This document shows positions 43,054 to 53,688 of a DNA stretch of 64,000 bases, piece by piece. The stretch is from an uncultured delta proteobacterium (GTDB taxonomy: Bacteria > Myxococcota_A > Polyangia > Polyangiales > Polyangiaceae): assembly GCA_963696385.1 (NCBI GenBank), contig CAVOKF010000004.1:864001-928000 (forward strand), given 5' to 3'. Position numbers and translations under genes: made by a program. The notes beneath the pieces are model-generated. The model was given only the letters and a program-made list of their open reading frames with translations. It was not told the origin of the DNA and did not search any database. Each line of letters starts with the position of its first letter. The stretch's first letter is position 1.

Positions 43054-44727
43054 TCAGTGCACTTCGCAGAATCCTAGATTGCAATCGGGTGCAGAGCTGG
43101 GGCAATCGGCCGCCGTCGTGCAGGCCTTGCACGTCGTACCCCCGTTCGCCACGCTATCGAAGTAGCAGTTGCAGCTCGGACTCGGGGTGTACGGCGAGAG
43201 CTGCCCCATCTCGGAAGAACGCGTGACGCTCATCGCGCACGGCGGTATGAGGCGGTCGTTGATCACGAATTGCAAGAAGTTGCCGGTGGGGGTCGGAGCG
43301 TCGCCCGTGAAATAAAGCACGATTTTGCCGGCGCTTTCACTGATGGGCACATTCTGGCTGTTGACTTTCGTCAGCATATGCGTGAACCCCCAGACCGGAT
43401 AGACGCCGTCGCGCACGTTCGCCTTGTCGGAGCTCGTCGCCGTCGCGTTCGGGTAATAGGCGCAGCTGTGGCCGAGATCTTGATACGCGAGCTCTTTGAT
43501 CGTCGAGCTTCTGGCGATGCTTTCCACGAGATCCGTGCTCATCGCGGCCAATGTCTTCTCGGGGTTGGTGGAGGTGACGACCGCCGTCACGGTTTGATTG
43601 GAACCCGACTCGATCAATCCCTGCCATGCAGTGGCAGGAACGCCGATGGAAATCCCGAAATCGAGTTGTGCGCTCGACGTCGGATTCTGAAAGACGAAAT
43701 CCGGATCCGTCCAGGGTGCCACGGCGCCGGGCCCCAGGCCGTATGTGTAATAGAGCGCTTCGGCGCTGATGGACGTCTGTGTCGACCCGATGGGGACCAC
43801 CATGGCTTCAGGCACGACCGGGCCGAGAAAGTCGCCGACCCCCGGAGTGCCCTCCGGCAAGGATAGGCAGACTTCCGGGAACAGGTTACTCAAGCCGATA
43901 TCCGCGTAGTTGCCTCCCGGGTCCAGCTGACACGTGTGAGCGTTTCCGCCGATATCCCAGTAGGTTGCGGTCGTCGCTCCCAGACTGAGCGTGCTCTCGT
44001 TGAGAATCACCGCATTCGCGCCGTCGCACGCGTGCGCGCTCACGAACACCACAGTCATCGGTACGGTCGACGTCAGGGCTCCGAGCTGAGCCGCGATGGA
44101 CGAGAGACCGTTCGCACCCACGATGAACACCGGCTGAGGCAAGCTCGAACAGGTCGGCACGCCCGATGAAGCAGCACCCCCTTCTTCAGCGCCCCCTTCC
44201 TCGTCCTCGCCGCCGGCTTCTTCTTGATCACCGGCGCCTTCGCTCGCTCCTCCTTCGTCCGCTGTCGCTCCCACACTCGCATCGCCGGCGTCCCCGCCGC
44301 TTCGTCCGCCCTCCGCCCCTCCGCCGTCGCCGGCGTCTCCGCCGCTCTTGGATCCTTTGCCTCCGCCTCCGCCACCGCCTCCGCCTCCGCCACCACCACC
44401 TTCGTGGCCACCCTCTCCTCCTCCTCCGTCACCCTCCTCGCTCGCGTCCGTCACGCTGGCCGCACCCGCCTCAGGCAGCTGGGGTAACGCCGCGTCGGCG
44501 GAGAACCCCGTGATTCGAGTGGCGTTATCGAAGAAGATGGCGCACGATCCGGCCGAGCAGTTTGCCGTCCCCGGGGTACAGGCGTCCGCCGACCCCGAGT
44601 CCGTGTCCGTTTCCGTGTTCGCCGTTCCCACCTTGAAGTCACCGGTCTTGGCGATCAGATTGCAGCCGACAAGACAAGCGCCCAGCGCCGAGGCAACGGC
44701 CAGCCACCTGACGAGCTGCCGGTCCAT
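43054..44727 (-). CDS. Lipoprotein with Gly/Glu-rich linker, PBP-like domain and Cys-rich tail
   Basis: LVGC lipobox; poly-Gly tract near 44360-44430; NVRDGVYPVWG resembles PstS-like folds (weak). Confidence 0.6.
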   Translation of the reverse strand: MDRQLVRWLAVASALGACLVGCNLIAKTGDFKVGTANTETDTDSGSADACTPGTANCSAGSCAIFFDNATRITGFSADAALPQLPEAGAASVTDASEEGDGGGGEGGHEGGGGGGGGGGGGGGKGSKSGGDAGDGGGAEGGRSGGDAGDASVGATADEGGASEGAGDQEEAGGEDEEGGAEEGGAASSGVPTCSSLPQPVFIVGANGLSSIAAQLGALTSTVPMTVVFVSAHACDGANAVILNESTLSLGATTATYWDIGGNAHTCQLDPGGNYADIGLSNLFPEVCLSLPEGTPGVGDFLGPVVPEAMVVPIGSTQTSISAEALYYTYGLGPGAVAPWTDPDFVFQNPTSSAQLDFGISIGVPATAWQGLIESGSNQTVTAVVTSTNPEKTLAAMSTDLVESIARSSTIKELAYQDLGHSCAYYPNATATSSDKANVRDGVYPVWGFTHMLTKVNSQNVPISESAGKIVLYFTGDAPTPTGNFLQFVINDRLIPPCAMSVTRSSEMGQLSPYTPSPSCNCYFDSVANGGTTCKACTTAADCPSSAPDCNLGFCEVH

Positions 44728-44887
44728 GCATTGCAGTCGGTTAAGCATTGCTTGAAGACTCCGAGTGGTATCGAAACGATTGAACCGCGATCGTCAGAAC
44801 GAGCCGTCGAATCCGACCGAACCGAAACCGATCCGTGGGTACAGGGTTGGGCCGGAGGTGGGCTGGGTTGCGGTGGCGCGTTCGGAT

Positions 44888-45333
44888 CGCGGGCCTCGCA
44901 CGCCCGAATCGGTTTTACCGACGGCGTCGGCGCATCCGAAGACGACATCGGGCCGTGTGTCATTCAGAACAATGGCGGCCATGGAATACGCATCCAGCGT
45001 TCGTCCGCGGCGCGCGTCTACAGCACTACGATCAGCAGCAACGGCCAAAACGGAGTGAATGTGGAGAGCGCTTCGTACGCGGAGATAGCGACGGACGTCA
45101 TCAACGGCAATGTCGGTAACGGGGTTGCGGTGACCGAGAATTCCACGGTGCATCTCGGCAATCCAACGGGCACGGGCGACGAGGACAACCCCAATACCAC
45201 CACGGTTGCCAACGGTCTATTCGGCCTCCAGGCGCAGTGGGGGTCGTATGTGTCGGGCCGCTTGGGCACGTTGTCGGGTACGAGCGGCGGATCGACCTTC
45301 ACCCACAACGCCAACGACAACCTCACGCCCTGA
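44888..45333 (+). pseudogene. C-terminal fragment of a right-handed beta-helix protein
   Basis: IQNNGGHGI / ISSNGQNGV / INGNVGNGV repeats; no credible start or N-terminus. Confidence 0.6.
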
Positions 45334-45636
45334 GAGCGGGCGCGAACCGCGACGTCCACAGCCGGGATTCTAGTCCCGTTGAGTCCGCCTAACGCGCGGG
45401 CGAGCAGGTGCCCACCTCACGCGGTGGCGACTGTCCCCACCGAAGTCGCCCCCGTGCGACAGGGCGGGTACCTGCTCGGCCTGCGCCCCATTCGCCTGGA
45501 ACCGCGGGCGCCGTCGAAAGAGCGATGCTTGGGACGGGCCGACCTCGAAACGGCCAGCCGGCTCCTCGATCCGGAGAGTCCGCCTCGAGCGTTTCGGTCG
45601 GAGGTCCGCCTCAACCTCTCGATGGGGAGCCGTGCC

Positions 45637-46185
45637 TCACGGAAATGAGACGTACACTCCGCAGTCGTCCGCGCATACGGACAACTTCTGCAGCCCATTG
45701 GGTGCAGGGCCCCCAATAACCCGCCCGCCCGTGTCAAAGATCGACCCGTGGCACGGGCAGACGAATTCCATGTGGGCTGCGTTGAACAGGACGATGCAGC
45801 ACTGGTGGGGACATCCGGCCGACAAGGCCACGTAGGTCCCGTCCGAAAGCCGGGCCACGACGACGATGCTCAGATGGCAGGACGGGTCCGAGTAGCCGGG
45901 CGCACTCTGCGATGCGCTACCGCCGACGTTCTTGAGCTGGGGATACGTGGAGAACGAGAACTCGAGGGTATCTGTCGCCGGAGCGCACGTCGGTTCACAT
46001 GCGCCGCCGTCCTCGGTGGCCCCCTGGGTGCCGTCGCTTTCGGGTGCGTCGTCGTCTGTGCGAGGCCCGCCGTCGGCCGGTCGCCCTGGATCCGGTTCGC
46101 CGCTGCAACCGGAGACCATGAGTAGCGCACTGCTTTGGATCGCCGTGCGCACAAAGTTCCTTCTGCATTCGTCGCAGCGGCTCAT
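45637..46185 (-). CDS. Rieske 2Fe-2S protein with Tat/lipoprotein signal
   Basis: RRNFV...VSGC; CPHQCC and CPCHGSIF. Confidence 0.88.
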   Translation of the reverse strand: MSRCDECRRNFVRTAIQSSALLMVSGCSGEPDPGRPADGGPRTDDDAPESDGTQGATEDGGACEPTCAPATDTLEFSFSTYPQLKNVGGSASQSAPGYSDPSCHLSIVVVARLSDGTYVALSAGCPHQCCIVLFNAAHMEFVCPCHGSIFDTGGRVIGGPAPNGLQKLSVCADDCGVYVSFP

Positions 46186-46415
46186 CAGAATATCTCTTTC
46201 TTTAGCATTCGTTCTTCCGTTAGCGCCGTTTCTCTTCAAACGACCGGAAGCCCGTTGCCGATAGGGGTGGGCGTGTCTATGGCTTCATCGCACGTGAAGG
46301 CGCACGGCCTACGGGTCGTCCGCTGGCCGCGAGCCGCTTGTCCGCAGAGCCCGTCATCCACCGACAAGTTGCCCATACCGCTTAATGAACGGCGCTCGCG
46401 TGTCGTGCTCTGTTC

Positions 46416-47540
46416 ATGCGGGTGGGGACATGGAGCGTGGGTCCGAACGGCGGCCGTTCTCGCTTTCCAGAACAGGATTCCGCTCGAACGTTGGTGGTCG
46501 CGTTTGGCGCGCCGGAATACATGGATAACCCGGGTCCGCTGAATGACCTGCGGGAGGCCTACCCACTCGGGACCGTGGTCGGTTGTTCGACCGCTGGCGA
46601 AATCATGGACGGCGCGATCCACGACCACTCCATCGCGGTGGCTGTCGTTCGCTTCGAAGCGACCGACATCGCGCATGCATCCGTCGCGGTCCGAAACCCG
46701 CGCGAGTCGCAGGGCGCAGGAGCAGAGTTGGCGCGTGCGCTGGCCCGGCCTTCCTTGCGAGCGATCCTGGTTCTTTCCGACGGGTTGTCCGTGAACGGCA
46801 GTGAGCTCCTTCGGGGCATGGCCGAAGTCGTCGGCGACGTGCCGGTCTCCGGAGGCCTCGCGGGCGATGGAGACCGCTTTCGGTGCACATGGGTCATGGC
46901 AGACGCCCCGCCCGCGTCCGCGGGGATCGTCGCAGTGGGCCTCTATGGCGAGCACGTAAGGCTGAGCCATGGCTCGCGCGGCGGCTGGGACATCTTCGGC
47001 CCGGAGCGTGTCGTGACGCGCTCTGTAGGCAACGTGCTCTACGAACTCGACCACAAGCCTGCTCTGGCCCTCTACAAGCAATACCTTGGCGAGCGCGCCG
47101 GCGGCCTGCCCGCCACCGCTTTGTTGTTCCCGCTGGCGGTTCGAGCCTCCAAACTTTGCGATCCGTTGGTCCGAACCATCCTCGGCGTCAACGAGGAAGA
47201 CAACTCGATGACATTCGCCGGCGACGTGCCGGAAGGGGCTGTCGCCCGTCTGATGCGCGCCAATTTCGAGCGACTCATCGACGGCGCCGGAGCGGCGGGT
47301 CGGCTTGCTTCGCTCGGTGAGGATCCCAAAGGCGACAACCTGACCCTCGCGGTGAGCTGCGTCGGACGACGCCTGGTGCTCGGAGAACGCGCCGAGGAAG
47401 AGGTGGAGGCCGCAGCACACGCGTTGGGAGAATCCAAACTCTTCGGATTCTACTCGTACGGCGAAATCTCGCCCTCCGCATCGGGCCGCGGCGAGCTCCA
47501 CAATCAGACCATGACGCTCACGCGGATCTGGGAAGTGTGA
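46416..47540 (+). CDS. FIST-domain (NosP-like) sensor protein
   Basis: GCSTAGEI, GGLAGDG, SCVGRR, GFYSYGEI, LHNQT. Confidence 0.93.
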   Translation: MRVGTWSVGPNGGRSRFPEQDSARTLVVAFGAPEYMDNPGPLNDLREAYPLGTVVGCSTAGEIMDGAIHDHSIAVAVVRFEATDIAHASVAVRNPRESQGAGAELARALARPSLRAILVLSDGLSVNGSELLRGMAEVVGDVPVSGGLAGDGDRFRCTWVMADAPPASAGIVAVGLYGEHVRLSHGSRGGWDIFGPERVVTRSVGNVLYELDHKPALALYKQYLGERAGGLPATALLFPLAVRASKLCDPLVRTILGVNEEDNSMTFAGDVPEGAVARLMRANFERLIDGAGAAGRLASLGEDPKGDNLTLAVSCVGRRLVLGERAEEEVEAAAHALGESKLFGFYSYGEISPSASGRGELHNQTMTLTRIWEV

Positions 47541-49339
47541 GCATGCTGCATCCGACGCTCGAACGCCAACTCCGAAAGGCGGGCGCGCGCAAAGATACGC
47601 CACCGACCGCCGACCAATGGCATTCTTTCCTTGAGCGGGTCAATGCCGCTTACACTCAAGAAGACAACGAGCGCTATACGGTCGAACGCGCGATCGCCAT
47701 TTCGTCGCAAGAGATGTTGGACCTGGCTTCGCGGCTGGCGACGGAGCGGGACCGCCTCGACGTGACCGTGGCCTCGCTCGCGGACGGACTCTGCGTTCTC
47801 TCCTCGAAGGGCCTTGTGGAGATCGCCAATCGGGCGGCGGAGCAGATGTTGGGCGTCGAGTCCGGCGGGTTGCTGGGGCGACATTTCATCGCCCTCGTGA
47901 GTGGCGACGGGTCTCGGAAGCCACACGGCCAGGGGCACGTTCGGCAACTCGACGAAGCGATCGCGGCGCGGGGACCTTGTCGGTGCGACGACGCCCGTTT
48001 CACCACCGTGCACGGCGAGGAGTTCCCCGTCTCGCTTTCCATGACGCCGATTGAGGCCGGACAGTTAGGAGGAGGGTCCGTCGTCGTGTTCACCGACATT
48101 CGAAAGCGAAAGATGGCGGAAGACGCACTTCGGGAGAGCGAGTCGAGGTTTCGAGCCATCTTCGAGTCCGCGGCCGTGGGCATGTTGCGTGTCGGGCTCG
48201 ACGGCCGGATCGACGACTGCAATGGCGCATTTGGCGCAATGCTCGGCAAGGAGCGTTCGCAGATCTTGGGGTCGACGATTTTCGATCACCTTCACCCGGA
48301 CGAAGCGCAGAGCTCGCCGGGGCGGTTCGAGATGATGAAGCAAGAGCTTGGCTCCGGGCATCAGATCCAGAGCCGCTTCGTGAATCATGACGGATCCACG
48401 GTTTGGACGAAGAGCACCATTTCGTTCGTTCGAGACCCGCAAGGTGCGCCTGCGTTCTCGATCGGGGTCGTCGAGAACGTGACGGCTCAGAGAAACCTCG
48501 AGATTTCGCTACGCCAGGCTCAAAAGCTCGAATCCGTCGGGCAGCTGGCGGCTGGCATTGCCCACGAAATCAACACACCGGTGCAGTTCGTGAGCGACAG
48601 CGTTCACTTCGTGCGAGACGCCGTGACCGATCTCTTCGGCATTCTCCAGTTGTACCGCGCGCTACGCGAAGCCGTTCCTTCCTCGCTGGACGCAGCGGTC
48701 TGCGCGATCGCCGAAGCCGAGGAATCCGCCGATGTGGAATACCTCGCCTCGCAGCTCCCCAAAGCGCTCGACCGCGCACTCGATGGGGTCGAACGTGTGG
48801 CCACCATCGTTCGAGGGATGAAGGCGTTCGCACACCCGGATCGGAAGGACAAAGTACCCGCGGATTTGAATGGCGCGCTCGAAAGCACGATCACGATCGC
48901 GCGTAACGAGTACAAATACGTGGCCGACGTCGAAACGGAGTTCGGCGAGCTTCCCCCGGTGACGTGTCATGTCGGCGAGCTCAATCAAGTATTTCTGAAT
49001 GTCATCGTCAATGCGGCGCACGCGATCGGCGATGTGGTCGGTGGCACCGAGACCCGGGGGCGGATTCGCATCACCACTCGGCGCGACGGCGACTGGGCCG
49101 TCGTCTCGATCGCGGACACCGGAGGCGGAATTCCCGAGGCGGTCCGTCACCGCGTGTTCGACCCCTTCTTCACGACCAAAGAAGTGGGGCGTGGGACCGG
49201 TCAGGGGCTGGCGATCGCGCGTTCGGTCGTCGTCGAAAAGCACCAGGGCGAGCTCACTTTCGAAACGCAGATCGGGCAGGGGACGACATTCACCATCCGG
49301 CTTCCGATCCACCCCGCCCGTGAAGCCCAGGCGGCATGA
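47537..49339 (+). CDS. PAS-PAS histidine kinase
   Basis: LERQL N-terminus; AHEINTP, NAAHA, GTGQGL. Confidence 0.93.
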   Translation: MSMLHPTLERQLRKAGARKDTPPTADQWHSFLERVNAAYTQEDNERYTVERAIAISSQEMLDLASRLATERDRLDVTVASLADGLCVLSSKGLVEIANRAAEQMLGVESGGLLGRHFIALVSGDGSRKPHGQGHVRQLDEAIAARGPCRCDDARFTTVHGEEFPVSLSMTPIEAGQLGGGSVVVFTDIRKRKMAEDALRESESRFRAIFESAAVGMLRVGLDGRIDDCNGAFGAMLGKERSQILGSTIFDHLHPDEAQSSPGRFEMMKQELGSGHQIQSRFVNHDGSTVWTKSTISFVRDPQGAPAFSIGVVENVTAQRNLEISLRQAQKLESVGQLAAGIAHEINTPVQFVSDSVHFVRDAVTDLFGILQLYRALREAVPSSLDAAVCAIAEAEESADVEYLASQLPKALDRALDGVERVATIVRGMKAFAHPDRKDKVPADLNGALESTITIARNEYKYVADVETEFGELPPVTCHVGELNQVFLNVIVNAAHAIGDVVGGTETRGRIRITTRRDGDWAVVSIADTGGGIPEAVRHRVFDPFFTTKEVGRGTGQGLAIARSVVVEKHQGELTFETQIGQGTTFTIRLPIHPAREAQAA

Positions 49340-50523
49340 AGCGCATTCTCTTCGTCGACGACGAGGTCGCTGTGCTCGATGGCCTTCGGGATCGGCTGCG
49401 AAAGCAGCGTCGACAATGGGAGATGGTGTTCGCGGTCGGAGGCCCCGCCGCCTTGGCGGAGTGCGCGCGGGGCGCGTTCGACATCGTCGTGTCCGACATG
49501 CGGATGCCCGGTATGGACGGCGCTGCACTCCTGAGCCAAATCAAAGAGAGTTACCCGATGACCGTGCGCATCGTCCTGTCGGGCCATGCGGAGCGGGAAG
49601 CGGTGATGCGCACGCTCGCTGTGGCGCATCAGTACCTGAGTAAGCCCTGCGACAGCGAGACGCTGCAGAGCGTTCTCACTCGCGCGCTGTCGCTTCAAGC
49701 GCTCATGAGCGACGACACGCTCCGGAGCCTCGTCGGCAGCGTCGACAAGCTCCCGTCGCCGTCGAAAATTTACCTCGAGTTGACCGCACTCCTCGCCCGT
49801 TCGACCCCTTCGGTCGACGACATCGTGAAGGTCGTCGAGCGGGATCCCGCCATGTGTCTCAAAGTGCTGCAGGTCGTCAACTCGGCCTTCTTTGGCTTGC
49901 AGCGGCGAGTGACGGGAATGCGCGACGCCATCGCCTACCTCGGGGTTGACCTCCTCAAGTCGTTGGCGCTCGCGGCGCAGATCTTCGCAGATGCCGAGAG
50001 TCTGCAGGGCTTCGATTGTGGCCGACTGGCCAACCTGCAGCGGCATTCGTTCCTCGTCGCTCGGTTGGCGCGCAAGCTTGCTCCGTGCCGTGGCGACGAC
50101 GCGTTCGTGGCGGGAATGCTCCACGATGTCGGGTCGATCGTATTGGCACTCGCCGACCGAGATCGAGTCGAGGCACGCAACGCGGCGTCTCGCGAGCGCG
50201 GAGTGCCCGTCTATGTCGTCGAGCGCGAACGACTGAACGTGACGCACGCGGAGGTCGGCGCCTACATCCTCGGAACGTGGGGAGTGCCGCTCGGAGTCGT
50301 CGAGGCGGTCGCTGGGCATCACGAGCCGCGCCGCTTCGGCAATGCGTCGTTCGACGCCATGACCGCCGTACACATCGCCGAAGCCCTCGTGACCGAAAGC
50401 GAGTCCGACGCTCCCGCCGGCACGCTCCTCGATGCAACCCACCTGACAGAGCTCGGCGTCCTGTGCGAGTTGCCGGCTTGGATAGAGCTCCTCACGCGAT
50501 TGCGCTCGGAGGCGCTCGACTGA
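49336..50523 (+). CDS. REC-HDOD protein
   Basis: REC; LPSP, DPAM..KVLQVVNSAFF, LHDVG, HAEVGAY. Confidence 0.9.
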   Translation: MKRILFVDDEVAVLDGLRDRLRKQRRQWEMVFAVGGPAALAECARGAFDIVVSDMRMPGMDGAALLSQIKESYPMTVRIVLSGHAEREAVMRTLAVAHQYLSKPCDSETLQSVLTRALSLQALMSDDTLRSLVGSVDKLPSPSKIYLELTALLARSTPSVDDIVKVVERDPAMCLKVLQVVNSAFFGLQRRVTGMRDAIAYLGVDLLKSLALAAQIFADAESLQGFDCGRLANLQRHSFLVARLARKLAPCRGDDAFVAGMLHDVGSIVLALADRDRVEARNAASRERGVPVYVVERERLNVTHAEVGAYILGTWGVPLGVVEAVAGHHEPRRFGNASFDAMTAVHIAEALVTESESDAPAGTLLDATHLTELGVLCELPAWIELLTRLRSEALD

Positions 50524-50526
50524 TCC

Positions 50527-51687
50527 GTGAACGCCCGCCCCCGCATCCTCTGCGTCGACGACGAGCCGAATGTTCTCGATGGGCTCGCACTGACTCTGCG
50601 CCGCGCGTTTGAGGTCGTGCCCGCCGCCAACGGACCCGCAGGCATCGATGTGCTCGCGCGCGATCCCGCGATCGTCACCGTCATCTCGGACATGCGGATG
50701 CCCGGCATGGACGGGGCCACGTTCTTGGCCAGGGCCCGAGAGGTGCGGCCCGATGCCACGCGGTTGCTCCTCACCGGGCAAGCCGACCTCTCCGCGGCCA
50801 TCGCGGCGATCAACGACGGGCGCATCTTTCGCTTTCTCACCAAGCCCTGCGCACCGTCGGTCCTGGTCGCCGCCGTCGAAGCGGCCGTGGAGCTGCACCG
50901 GCTGGTGACCTCCGAGCGCGTCCTTTTGGAGCAGACGCTTCGCGGGAGCATTCGGATGCTCACGGACGTCCTTGCGCTCGCCGCGCCCGCCGCGTTCGGG
51001 CAGGGCGTCCGAATCCAACGCTACGCGCGCAAATTGGCCTCGAAAGTCGCGGGCGCCGAGCTGTGGCCCGTCGAAGTGGCCGCGATGCTGGCCCAGGTCG
51101 GCTTCGTCACGCTCGCCCCGGCCACGCTCGATAAACTGCAAGAAGGTCGACCTCTCGCGCCCGAAGAGCAGCAGGCGCTCGAGCGAGTGCCAGCGTTCGC
51201 CGAGCAGCTCATCGCCGGGATTCCCCGCCTGGATGCCGTTCGGGCGGCCCTTGCGCACCAGGCCGCGCCCTTCGACGGGGCGGGAGCGCCCGCCAAAGCG
51301 CCGCGCGGCAAGGACATCCCTCTGGGGGCTCGCATTCTCGCAATCGTGTCCGACTTTGACCGATTGGACACCGGCGGTCTGTCGCAAGAGCTCGCCCTCG
51401 CGGCCATGCGCGGGCGGCTGGGCCGCTACGATGCCGAGCTGCTCGAGCTTTTCGCCTCGACGCTCGAGGGCGACGGCCGAGGCGTCGAAGTGGCGGAAAT
51501 CCCCATTCGGCTGGTCCGCGTCGGGATGACCTTCGTCGAAGACGTGCGCACGCCCACGGGGCTATTGCTCGTCGCGCGCGGTCACGAGGCGACGAAAAGT
51601 TTGGTCGAACGGTTCCGAAACTTGGCTTCCGGATCCGTGCGCGAACCCGTTCGTGTCTTGCTTCGCGGGTCGCGAGCCACGTGGTGA
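50527..51687 (+). CDS. REC + degenerate HD-GYP-like protein
   Basis: REC; AAMLAQVG, FDGAG, IPLGARIL. Confidence 0.85.
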   Translation: MNARPRILCVDDEPNVLDGLALTLRRAFEVVPAANGPAGIDVLARDPAIVTVISDMRMPGMDGATFLARAREVRPDATRLLLTGQADLSAAIAAINDGRIFRFLTKPCAPSVLVAAVEAAVELHRLVTSERVLLEQTLRGSIRMLTDVLALAAPAAFGQGVRIQRYARKLASKVAGAELWPVEVAAMLAQVGFVTLAPATLDKLQEGRPLAPEEQQALERVPAFAEQLIAGIPRLDAVRAALAHQAAPFDGAGAPAKAPRGKDIPLGARILAIVSDFDRLDTGGLSQELALAAMRGRLGRYDAELLELFASTLEGDGRGVEVAEIPIRLVRVGMTFVEDVRTPTGLLLVARGHEATKSLVERFRNLASGSVREPVRVLLRGSRATW

Positions 51688-53426
51688 GCGAACGGTCGCA
51701 CCCAGGGCAAGGGCAGGTTGCGCCGGCGCGAATCTTGGTGGTCGACGACGAAGAAGCGGTCCGCGCCGCAGTCTCGCGCACACTCGAGCGCCGCGGTCAT
51801 TGCGTCGTGGCCCTGGCGACCTCGGAGCAGGCCTTGCGGCAACTGGCCGTGCGCGACTTCGACCTGGCGATTCTGGATATCCACTTGAAGTCCGGGGACG
51901 GAATCGAGCTTTTGAGACGGATCAAGGCTCGGGCGCCGGACTGCGAGGCGCTCATGCTGTCGGGCGCCAATTCGATCGAAATCGCGATGCGCAGTGTGCA
52001 CGCGGGCGCATTCGATTTCATCGAGAAGCCGTTCTCGACCGAACGACTGACCCTTACGGCCGAGCGCGCGCTCGAGCACCGGCGGCTTCGCCAGACCACC
52101 GCCCTTTACCAAGCCGTGCAGGTCATCTTTCGAACGCGCGACCTCGAACGGCTGCCCGAGGCGATTGTCCGCGTGTCGATGGACGTGATGCGAGCCGATG
52201 GGGCGGCTCTTCTGCTCCCTGGGCTCGACGGTACGTTCTACGTCGGATACGCATTCGGCTCCGAAGCCGCCGTCGTTCGAACCCCGCACGCCCCCTTGGG
52301 CGAAGATGTCGCCCAGCAGGCCGCTCGTTCGCGGACGCCACTCGTGTGGGAGGGAGATCCGTTCGACCCGAGGGCGATCGAAGGGGCGCCCGCGCGCGCG
52401 CGCACCCCGTCGATCCTCGGTTACCCCCTGGTGCTCGGCGACGAACTGCTCGGCCTTCTCAGTTTCAGCCGCTCGACAGGCGAATCCCCGTTCGGGCCGG
52501 CTGATTCGGAGAAGGCGGCCGTTCTGGCGTCCCAGGTCCTTCTCGCGCTCGAGAATGCCCGTCTTGCACGTCAGAACGTCACCTCCGAGAAGTTGGCCGC
52601 GGTCGGGCAGCTCGCTGCGGGCATCGCTCACGAGATCAACACGCCCATCCAGTTCATGCACGATAGCCTCCATTTTCTGAGCGAGGCCTTTCGCGATCTC
52701 GCAAGGTTGACTGCACGGCTTCAGGAGATCGTGGAGCCCATGCGAGCCGACGAGCTGCCGGAGCGCGGTCAATCGCTTCTGCGCGAAGCGCGGGAGCTCG
52801 CCGCCGACGCCGACCTTTCTTATTTGAAAGAAGCGGTGCCGCGAGCCCTCGAACGTACGGCCGAAGGAGCCACGCGCATCGCGAAGATCGTCCAGGCCGT
52901 CAAAGAATTCGGGCGGCCCGACCCAGCCGAAAAGGTGGCCGTCGACCTCAACGAATGCCTGCGGAGCACGCTGCTCGTAGCCTCCCGGGAGCTCAACCAC
53001 GTCGCGGATATCGAGACGGATTTTGGTGATGTCCCGCTCGTTGCTTGTCGTCCAGGCGAGATCAATCAGGTGTTTCTGAGCCTCATCCTCAACGCCGGCC
53101 ACGCGGTTGCCGCCGTCGTCTTGGGCTCGAAGGAGCGTGGCAAGATCGTGGTTCGGAGCCAGTCCGAACGCCACTGCGCGGTCGTCTCGATCGAGGACAC
53201 CGGCACCGGAATTCCTGTCGAAGTTCAGTCCAGGATCTTCGATCCGTTTTTCACGACGAAGACCGTCGGTCGAAACGTTGGGCTCGGGCTATCCATCGCT
53301 CGCACGATCGTCGAAAGACACGGCGGGTCACTGACCTTCGAGACGCAGGTGGGCCGTGGGACGCGTTTCTCCCTACGGCTGCCCGTCGACGGATCCGGGG
53401 GATCGGACGCGCCATCTCCCCCGTGA
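51681..53426 (+). CDS. REC-GAF histidine kinase
   Basis: REC, GAF (ALENARL), AHEINTP, DTGTGI. Confidence 0.9.
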   Translation: MVSERSHPGQGQVAPARILVVDDEEAVRAAVSRTLERRGHCVVALATSEQALRQLAVRDFDLAILDIHLKSGDGIELLRRIKARAPDCEALMLSGANSIEIAMRSVHAGAFDFIEKPFSTERLTLTAERALEHRRLRQTTALYQAVQVIFRTRDLERLPEAIVRVSMDVMRADGAALLLPGLDGTFYVGYAFGSEAAVVRTPHAPLGEDVAQQAARSRTPLVWEGDPFDPRAIEGAPARARTPSILGYPLVLGDELLGLLSFSRSTGESPFGPADSEKAAVLASQVLLALENARLARQNVTSEKLAAVGQLAAGIAHEINTPIQFMHDSLHFLSEAFRDLARLTARLQEIVEPMRADELPERGQSLLREARELAADADLSYLKEAVPRALERTAEGATRIAKIVQAVKEFGRPDPAEKVAVDLNECLRSTLLVASRELNHVADIETDFGDVPLVACRPGEINQVFLSLILNAGHAVAAVVLGSKERGKIVVRSQSERHCAVVSIEDTGTGIPVEVQSRIFDPFFTTKTVGRNVGLGLSIARTIVERHGGSLTFETQVGRGTRFSLRLPVDGSGGSDAPSPP

Positions 53427-53575
53427 GAGCGTGGATTGCGGACGCCTTGACGGCGTTCGGATGGCGATGACGTCGGTCTCTTGTGGCTCGGCCGCACCGG
53501 GCGGCAGCCCGGCCACCGCCACGCCTCGTCCTTCAAGGATGAATACGGGAGCAGCACGGAAAGCTTCAGCGAATT

Positions 53576-53605
53576 TTGCACCATATGTGGAATTTGTGGT
53601 ATAGA
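53576..53605 (+). promoter_or_regulatory. sigma70-like promoter for chrA
   Basis: TTGCAC-N18-TATAGA with TG extension, in an AT-rich patch. Confidence 0.4.
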
Positions 53606-53688
53606 GCGCCGACGCCGCAGACAGACAGGACCGACACGCGGATCGCGGGGTCCAGCTCGCCCGACGCGCGGATCGACGCGCGGGGCAC

